A DNA stretch of 20,308 nucleotides from Bdellovibrionota bacterium FG-1. Lineage in GTDB: Bacteria > Bdellovibrionota > UBA1018. The notes beneath the pieces were generated by a model. That model made no database searches, had not been told where the DNA came from, and saw only the letters and a program-made list of their open reading frames with translations. The DNA is taken from NCBI GenBank assembly GCA_051382295.1, contig JBBCAW010000157.1:1-20308 (forward strand), in the 5' to 3' direction. Made by a program: the position numbers and the translations under genes. Shown here one piece after another: positions 13,877 through 20,308 of this stretch. Within the stretch, counting starts at the first letter, position 1, and each line of letters opens with the position of its first letter.

Positions 13877-16693
13877 TTAGGTAAAGTCAGCCTGCTTAAA
13901 TTTCTCCGCAGCGCAGGCTTTTCCAATCTCCTCAACAAAGTCCTTCTCAAACCCCATCTCATCGGACGCCGTAATCTCGATCGAGATTCCCACCGACGTG
14001 GTCGAACGCGAGCTAAGCTGAAGAAATATTTTTTCCATTAAGCAATTGAAGTCGATTTTTGGCGCCCGCACATTCAGCTCTTTCGTCCCAAAGAAATATG
14101 TACGCTTTGCAGATGCAGGCACCGGTCCCGCAGGCCCACTCGCCGTCAGCCCTCCTAAACCACCACTCATCGGAGGCGAGGTGACAACCGAACCCCCGGT
14201 AGCAGCCCGCGCCGCCGCCACCTGGCGCTCAGCGTCCCGCTGCCGAACGGCTGCCTCGCGTTCGACGAGCAACGAACTTTCATCGATAATGACGTTTGCG
14301 GGTGAGCCAATCGTAAGACCAGCGTAACGGTCGCCCACTTTTCCCTGCGCGTAGCCGAAAAACTCATCCGCCATAACTCCTTGGCTGATCGAATTCTTCA
14401 GCACGCCTTCCGAAGCAAGTCGCGGTAGATATAAATAGCTCGCAAAATCGTTCAACAGCTTACGCGTGACTACTTCAGACTGCCCGTCTTTGAAGTACCA
14501 TTGCTTTAGGACGTTACTCAAATGAATGGGAGACCATTCGTAGATTACCCATTCTTCCTCTTTTAGCTTTCCCTCAATGACCGAGATACAATTCGAACCA
14601 CCGGATGCGAGTGCCGCGACCTCCCACTTCATGGAAGGCTTGCCGCCAACTAACTCCTCAAACGGATTTAAGAGCCACTTATAAGTATCTCGAATACTTT
14701 GCTGCAGCACTTTCTTGGACTGCTCAAAAGCCTGTTGAGCTTGCTTGATATTGTGCATATCGAGATTAAGCTTTTCATCTTCGATGTCGTCGATGATCGA
14801 CTTCCAAGCAAGATAGGTTCTAGTATTCTCACGTAGGCGCGTAAGGGAGTCGTAATCAGGTGCCAAAAAAACTAAGCGGTTACGACGTTGCCTGGGCTGT
14901 TCTCCGCGTCGTTCGAGAATCTTCTGAGCAGCCTCATATACGGCGGCCATGTTTGCCTTCGAATAAGCGGCGAGGCTTTCGGGTTCGAGTACAACTAGAC
15001 GGGGACCAGAACCAATCTCATCAGGAATGTCTGACGAAGCCGTAAAAACGTGCACGCCTGCAAAAGAGGAATTCCCCCGAAGTTCCGCCCCCACGAAGTC
15101 ACGCAAACAAGGCACAATGTGCTCTCGCCCATCGAGCCGATTCTTGCGACTCTCCATCTCGCGGCGAAGATTCGGGCGCGTATCAAACCAATAGCGGTTG
15201 TTGTCCCCGAACATATATTGGAGGCGATCCCGGAGCCGTTTCAAAGCGTCCTCATAAACCGCCACGACTTGACCAGGCTGGACCGCACCGAGCAGAATGT
15301 GGTCTAGTGCTAGTCCGCGCCCACCCTGCCCACTTGTGGAAGGTGCACTTCCTAAAAACACCGTACGGGCTACGCGCCTGGCGGCCTGGAGGGCACCAAT
15401 GCGGGGTTCCTTGCCGTCAATTTCGGCGGCGACCGAACGCGACCCGTCAATCTCACTTTCGATCACCGGCTCCCATCCCTGCGGTAGATAATGAATGCTT
15501 TTAGTGCGGACGTTAACATCGTCGAGTGGAAGAGCACCCGGCATAATCATCGGATCGCGATTATCTGAATTCCAAAGCTTATGAATTACAATCGCGAGAT
15601 ACTGAAGGACACCGCGTGTCCGCTGAAACTTTTCAAGCGTCGACCAGTCCGAATAAAGCCGATCAAAAACTTCCGGATGGATTGGATAGGACTGCAACAA
15701 CCGCTCGTGATAGCGACTTGTCTGCGTCTCCGCCGGAAACTTCCCATTATTCTCAATGTAGAAATCGAAAAACGCCTTACACACGCGCTCAACTTCAGCG
15801 GGATTATTAGCACTCTCAAATAGTCGCCGCTTGACGATTTCAAACGCCTCCTCGGTCCCAACCGGCTTCCAGACAGATTCGACTCGCGCAAAATATTTCT
15901 CTAGAGATTCGAGCGCGAGCTTCCCCATCGGTCCTGCTACTTCAATTTCACTTTCGGGTAAAGACGCAAGCAGAAGTGCATTCGGAACTGCTTTCATCGC
16001 TTCTGTCAGTGCCTGAATGAAACTCATGTTGCTCTCGAAAGTCCCGGCTACATAGGACTTACCAGATTCGAGCTGTCGAATGAAGGCAACCAATTCGTCG
16101 AGCAGTACCACGCATGGCGCCGCCTTCCTGATCACTTCGACGAGGGCCTCTTTCCCTGGTGATGTCCCGTCACGATCCGCCGCTGCCACGATCTGAAAAC
16201 CAGGTTCCCCAAGAAGCTGCCAGGCAATTTCACCCCAAAGCGTATTGACTGAAACTGAGCCACGCTTTCGAGCCTTGCTGGGGGATATGTTGTTGCCATC
16301 GACGACGGCAATCCGCGCCGAAGGCAAGTTCGCCACGCCCGCCTTATCTAAAATGGGCGGGATACCCTGCAATTTCTCGGGGCTCACTTCCCGTCTGGCC
16401 AGGTGATAGACCGCCAAGAGCGTATGGGTTTTGCCACCACCAAAGGACGTTTGCAGTTGGATTACGGGGTCTCCGCCCTTGCCAGCAATTCGTCTTGCAA
16501 CGGAATCCAACAACAAACGCATACCTTCAGTAATGTAGGTTCGCTTAAAGAACTGCTCAGCGTTCTTATATTCGTCGGGAGCCGTCCCACTTTGAACTTG
16601 GGTCAAGTCCGCCGCAAATTCGCTTTGCTTAAAAGTCCCGTCAAGTACGTCTTTATGCGGGGTGATAAGTTCACGCCATGGTTTTAGAGTCAT
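13877..16693 (-). CDS. DUF499 family P-loop ATPase (PglY/BrxC-related)
   Basis: [20 protein letters not shown], Walker [10 protein letters not shown], Walker [23 protein letters not shown]. Confidence 0.93.
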   Translation of the reverse strand: MTLKPWRELITPHKDVLDGTFKQSEFAADLTQVQSGTAPDEYKNAEQFFKRTYITEGMRLLLDSVARRIAGKGGDPVIQLQTSFGGGKTHTLLAVYHLARREVSPEKLQGIPPILDKAGVANLPSARIAVVDGNNISPSKARKRGSVSVNTLWGEIAWQLLGEPGFQIVAAADRDGTSPGKEALVEVIRKAAPCVVLLDELVAFIRQLESGKSYVAGTFESNMSFIQALTEAMKAVPNALLLASLPESEIEVAGPMGKLALESLEKYFARVESVWKPVGTEEAFEIVKRRLFESANNPAEVERVCKAFFDFYIENNGKFPAETQTSRYHERLLQSYPIHPEVFDRLYSDWSTLEKFQRTRGVLQYLAIVIHKLWNSDNRDPMIMPGALPLDDVNVRTKSIHYLPQGWEPVIESEIDGSRSVAAEIDGKEPRIGALQAARRVARTVFLGSAPSTSGQGGRGLALDHILLGAVQPGQVVAVYEDALKRLRDRLQYMFGDNNRYWFDTRPNLRREMESRKNRLDGREHIVPCLRDFVGAELRGNSSFAGVHVFTASSDIPDEIGSGPRLVVLEPESLAAYSKANMAAVYEAAQKILERRGEQPRQRRNRLVFLAPDYDSLTRLRENTRTYLAWKSIIDDIEDEKLNLDMHNIKQAQQAFEQSKKVLQQSIRDTYKWLLNPFEELVGGKPSMKWEVAALASGGSNCISVIEGKLKEEEWVIYEWSPIHLSNVLKQWYFKDGQSEVVTRKLLNDFASYLYLPRLASEGVLKNSISQGVMADEFFGYAQGKVGDRYAGLTIGSPANVIIDESSLLVEREAAVRQRDAERQVAAARAATGGSVVTSPPMSGGLGGLTASGPAGPVPASAKRTYFFGTKELNVRAPKIDFNCLMEKIFLQLSSRSTTSVGISIEITASDEMGFEKDFVEEIGKACAAEKFKQADFT

Positions 16694-19611
16694 CTCTTCT
16701 TCCTCGTTCTCTTAATGGGTTCTACCGAATTGACATGACCGCCTTGATCTTCGCCAAAAAGCGAAGACTGGGAGCCAGAATAACCTGACGAGCGTGCAGA
16801 CGCTTCGATCGCATCCCAAGCAAGGACCAGTGAATTGTACTGACTCGCGTCTTGCGCCCACCCCTTGCGTTCACACAAAGTATACAAACGATAGGCTAAG
16901 GTTCTAGTTGCTTCGGAATGTCGACTTGTTTTTGCTAAAATATCGCCCGCACTCAAAGCTCCAGCCGCATTGAGGGCACGAATCAAGTGGTGAAGAATTT
17001 CCCAAACAGAAATTCGGGTATCTGTCTCGGGCTTCCACTTCTCCGATAGATCCACGGGCTTAAGAAGTCGAAGTGTACCGCCTGAGCTTTCGGCAACGCC
17101 TCCCTCCCTTAGCCCATCCACCGAGGTGCCTTTTGCGCGGGCAAGAACATCTGCTTCGCCAAATTTCCCCTTGTCCCATCCATAATTTTCAAACCAGTGA
17201 AGACAAAACTGCGTATCGTGATCGAAGTCGTCTTCGGCCAAAAACCGATTAACCAACTGGAGCGCCGTCTTAATTGACATAGGTTTCCCGTCGGCCTCAA
17301 GAACTGCGGAATACTTTGAGTAAATTCCCATACCCGGTCCAATTATCGCTTGACTCAGATCTACTGGAGCAACGGGAGAATGCTCACCACCGGTAGTCAT
17401 CTCTTCCAAAGCCTCCGGCAAGGTCAGATTAAGTTCTCGAATAAAATCGCGCCGCGAGATTACTGGCGCATCCTCAGGGCGACGGTTACACACAAGAACC
17501 ACGCTAGAAGCCAACGCGTTTGAGTCTGACCCAAGCATTCGGTTACTTAGTTCAGTTCGGATCGGCCATGTGCCTGAGATGCTGAAGCCGGAGACAATCA
17601 AGGCTTGAAGGAAAGTCTCCCACCCAGTACTAGAGGTCCCCGATTCTTCGTCCGTGTCTGACTGCTTGAACGCATAGTAAATTGTCACAGGAAACCCAGG
17701 ATGGGCGTCTTTCCTCAGTCTCTTCATCACTGACTGCATTCCATTTAGGAAAAATACTTCCGCCTCTTTCTTTCCACCATGCCGGTGCTTATTTGCAACA
17801 AGCTCCGTAGCGCGTGGAACCACAGGCGTGGAGAAGAGGTCAGGACTTACAGGTTGAAGCATCTTTCTAAGCCAGATGTAGAAAAAGTCCGAGAGATTTG
17901 AGTATGGAATATTATCGTAGTACGGCGGGTCAGTCGATATTACCTTCCCCTTGCTGATTTCTTGATCTCCTGCATCCGCGCGAAAAACATGTCCCGGCCT
18001 GCCGACACTAAATTTCTCAAGACATCCAACAATCCATTCAACTCCATTCATGAAGTTACCCGTTGACTCCGAAAATGGATTCGCCTCTGAGGACTCCCAG
18101 ACCATCGGGATAGCCTGACGTGCAAACGTATTTCTCATGCTGTCGCGACTCGAATCCCAGCCACAGAATGCAGAACAACGATCAGCAAGCTTGGAAACAG
18201 AAAGCGCAAGGTAGATCGTAATCGCATCGGCATAAGCTTCGGCGCCATTGCCGCCCTGGTCGAGAGCGATCCCATCGTTGGATAGCCCTGCTTTCAAGGC
18301 ATCTTTTAGAACAACACTTCTGGTTTCGGTGACCACTTTCGAGAAGACATTCAATGCAGCCATTTGTCTGTCGAGAAATAGGTGCTCGAAATGGGTATAG
18401 CCATAGACAACGCAATTTGTGCAACTTCTCCAATGCTCAATCGCAGCACTTGGAGAACCTTCAAGTAAATCTTTGGAGACGTCAGGCACACGGACTACCT
18501 CTGGTTTTAGATAGACCCTCCCACTCTTCCCTTCAGCAATCACCGCTACCAGTTGTTGCCCTAATCTCGATGTACGACCTTGCTCTTCAATTGCACTTAA
18601 TTTTGTGATCGCGTCGCAAAACAAACATCGAACGGCCCTTCGTTCGACGTTTCCAGGCACTTCTTCATCTTTCGCGCCAAAGACAGGAGTAAAGGAAACC
18701 TTATCTCCCTTGATTTTTGATTCTAAGTGAACTCCATTTCGCTTCGATAACGAAAAGGACTTCAGCATTGGGAATACCTTGAGACACGCAGGACTTTCGC
18801 ATTTTGCGGTTCGTGCCCAAATCCAAGCAATGACGGTTAGCTTTTCTCCCACTGTAGCTTTCAAATCAGGCTGTGCCTTTACTACTGCAGCGGTTATCTC
18901 AAAAGGAGGGTATAGATTGCCAATTCTCTTCCACGCGCTTTCGCGAACAATAGCGCCGTATCGTTTGAGATCTTCAGCCAGCCCGCGAGTTCCGGACCAA
19001 TCTAGGATGAGCTGATCCTGGGCTTCAGATCGTGGGGCGACCGGCTTTGACCCAGAGAATCGTGGTGGGATCTCGATCATTGCCTTGTTAATCGTAACCG
19101 CAACGGGATTGAGATCGGAGGCAAAAGATTCAAGACCGAGCCGCTGCGCCTCAAGGGGAATGGCCCCGCCCCCAGCAAAAGGGTCATGAAATGCGGGGAG
19201 GCATTCTGAATTAAATAAATCGGCAGCTTGAGGATGCGCCTTATTGAGAACACATGTTTCGCGCCAACTCTTCCAAATCTCCTCACGCGCTTCAGCAAGC
19301 ACCGATTCGTTATCGACGTTTTCCCATTTTACTAACTTTTCGATAATTCCAAAGAGTCGCTCACGCTCTCTTTGGGCATTCTCCTTGTTTACGCCGCGCC
19401 CCAGGTAACGCTCATATCCGGGATCATTCACCATTTGAGCAAAAATAATCGCTCTAGCAGCTGCTAAAGGTCGCCTTGCCCACCAAAGATGTAGTGTACT
19501 GGGATGCCCATGCCGGATAGACTTCTCTTTTGCGGCGGCAACGTTGATTGCATCAAGCGGCAGCGCAACTTCAATTAATTTTTTCGGAACCCTAATTTCA
19601 ACAGCCATCAT
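16690..19611 (-). CDS. DUF1156 domain DNA amino-methyltransferase (probable m6A)
   Basis: [28 protein letters not shown]-binding [17 protein letters not shown], catalytic TDPPYYDN, Cys pairs (CESPAC, CLFC). Confidence 0.94.
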   Translation of the reverse strand: MMAVEIRVPKKLIEVALPLDAINVAAAKEKSIRHGHPSTLHLWWARRPLAAARAIIFAQMVNDPGYERYLGRGVNKENAQRERERLFGIIEKLVKWENVDNESVLAEAREEIWKSWRETCVLNKAHPQAADLFNSECLPAFHDPFAGGGAIPLEAQRLGLESFASDLNPVAVTINKAMIEIPPRFSGSKPVAPRSEAQDQLILDWSGTRGLAEDLKRYGAIVRESAWKRIGNLYPPFEITAAVVKAQPDLKATVGEKLTVIAWIWARTAKCESPACLKVFPMLKSFSLSKRNGVHLESKIKGDKVSFTPVFGAKDEEVPGNVERRAVRCLFCDAITKLSAIEEQGRTSRLGQQLVAVIAEGKSGRVYLKPEVVRVPDVSKDLLEGSPSAAIEHWRSCTNCVVYGYTHFEHLFLDRQMAALNVFSKVVTETRSVVLKDALKAGLSNDGIALDQGGNGAEAYADAITIYLALSVSKLADRCSAFCGWDSSRDSMRNTFARQAIPMVWESSEANPFSESTGNFMNGVEWIVGCLEKFSVGRPGHVFRADAGDQEISKGKVISTDPPYYDNIPYSNLSDFFYIWLRKMLQPVSPDLFSTPVVPRATELVANKHRHGGKKEAEVFFLNGMQSVMKRLRKDAHPGFPVTIYYAFKQSDTDEESGTSSTGWETFLQALIVSGFSISGTWPIRTELSNRMLGSDSNALASSVVLVCNRRPEDAPVISRRDFIRELNLTLPEALEEMTTGGEHSPVAPVDLSQAIIGPGMGIYSKYSAVLEADGKPMSIKTALQLVNRFLAEDDFDHDTQFCLHWFENYGWDKGKFGEADVLARAKGTSVDGLREGGVAESSGGTLRLLKPVDLSEKWKPETDTRISVWEILHHLIRALNAAGALSAGDILAKTSRHSEATRTLAYRLYTLCERKGWAQDASQYNSLVLAWDAIEASARSSGYSGSQSSLFGEDQGGHVNSVEPIKRTRKKR

Positions 19612-20308
19612 CGCTCCACAGTCTGTTCAGGTTTCATTGCGCGACTAAGTAGACTCGCGAGACTAAAATTTCGGCTTTCTTCTCCAAAGCCGGGAGCCGA
19701 GTCGAACGGATTTCTCACGTAATGGGGTCCCTCGAACTTATCTCCGTCCACAATCACAACTGCGAGAATGAATTTTTCCTTCTGGTTCAAGGCATACATA
19801 ATCTCATTGGCCGTGATCGTGATCGTAGTTTGGCCCTTGGCGCGGCCTTTAACCTCGATATGACGGTCATCGGGTAGACGCTCCTTTTGTTTTGGAGGTC
19901 TCGCAGTCACATCCCATCCACATTTAGCGACTGAAACATCGAATACCTGATGGCCAAGTGCCCGTTCAGCATCCATCACCGCCCTCATGGCGATCAGCTC
20001 AACTCGCTTACGGGCCTCTGCATCGACAGTAAACGTCGTTGAACCTGACTTCATCGCAATGAGACCAGCGGGGACCACCAGTGCGCCACCCACAACATTA
20101 GGAGTCGACGAGATAACATTCCGCGTCGCCGCGATCTCCTTCTTCCGCTGTTCCAGGCGGGCGCTCAGCTCCTCAAAGCGGCGCCTCGCGTTCTCCGGTT
20201 GTAGCTTGGGCTGCTTGCCCGCCTTTTCATCTTCGGTGAGTTTCAAATAGCGACTTTCCCAGTGCGATATTTCTTTCGTAAGACGCTCATGAACCGCCTG
20301 CGTAACCT
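19608..20308 (-). CDS. 3' part of a probable SNF2 helicase with C-terminal DUF3883 (NOV_C) PD-(D/E)xK nuclease domain; runs off the window
   Basis: The frame is open to the window edge ([22 protein letters not shown]...). Motifs [31 protein letters not shown]. The helicase part is inferred from the usual DUF1156/DUF499 operon and is not visible here. Confidence 0.85.
   Translation of the reverse strand, partial: VTQAVHERLTKEISHWESRYLKLTEDEKAGKQPKLQPENARRRFEELSARLEQRKKEIAATRNVISSTPNVVGGALVVPAGLIAMKSGSTTFTVDAEARKRVELIAMRAVMDAERALGHQVFDVSVAKCGWDVTARPPKQKERLPDDRHIEVKGRAKGQTTITITANEIMYALNQKEKFILAVVIVDGDKFEGPHYVRNPFDSAPGFGEESRNFSLASLLSRAMKPEQTVER

Noticed and set aside
1..20308. CRISPR array or long tandem repeat array
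   Set aside because: No regularly spaced direct repeats were seen.

Overview
The window opens with a tRNA-His(GUG) gene (50-127) and its terminator; the rest is accessory DNA that looks like one end of an integrated mobile element or genomic island. No integrase, relaxase or att repeat is visible in the window. The left half (about 500-7800) resembles a conjugative leading region. It holds an XRE regulator and two minus-strand modules with the same design: a 340-350 nt fold-back element, a small gene of an unrecognised family, an mRNA hairpin, then cargo genes (including a DUF3560 protein). It also holds a secreted protein gene, a complete IS1380-family element with a DUF6788-like orf, and a possible type I toxin peptide. 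The right half (7825-20308) is an all-minus-strand defence island: a GHKL/sacsin-like ATPase coupled to a Schlafen(AlbA_2)-HEPN protein, an HTH-ImmA/IrrE peptidase plus DUF4411 PIN pair, and a DUF499 ATPase / DUF1156 methyltransferase / DUF3883-tailed (probable SNF2 helicase, truncated) restriction-like system. The most striking signal is the pair of fold-back elements. Their G-T wobbles and cGNAg mini-hairpins favour folding of the + strand, which is the template strand of the adjacent genes, as expected for single-stranded-DNA promoters or priming signals. All family assignments come from motifs recognised by eye; no database search or folding program was run.
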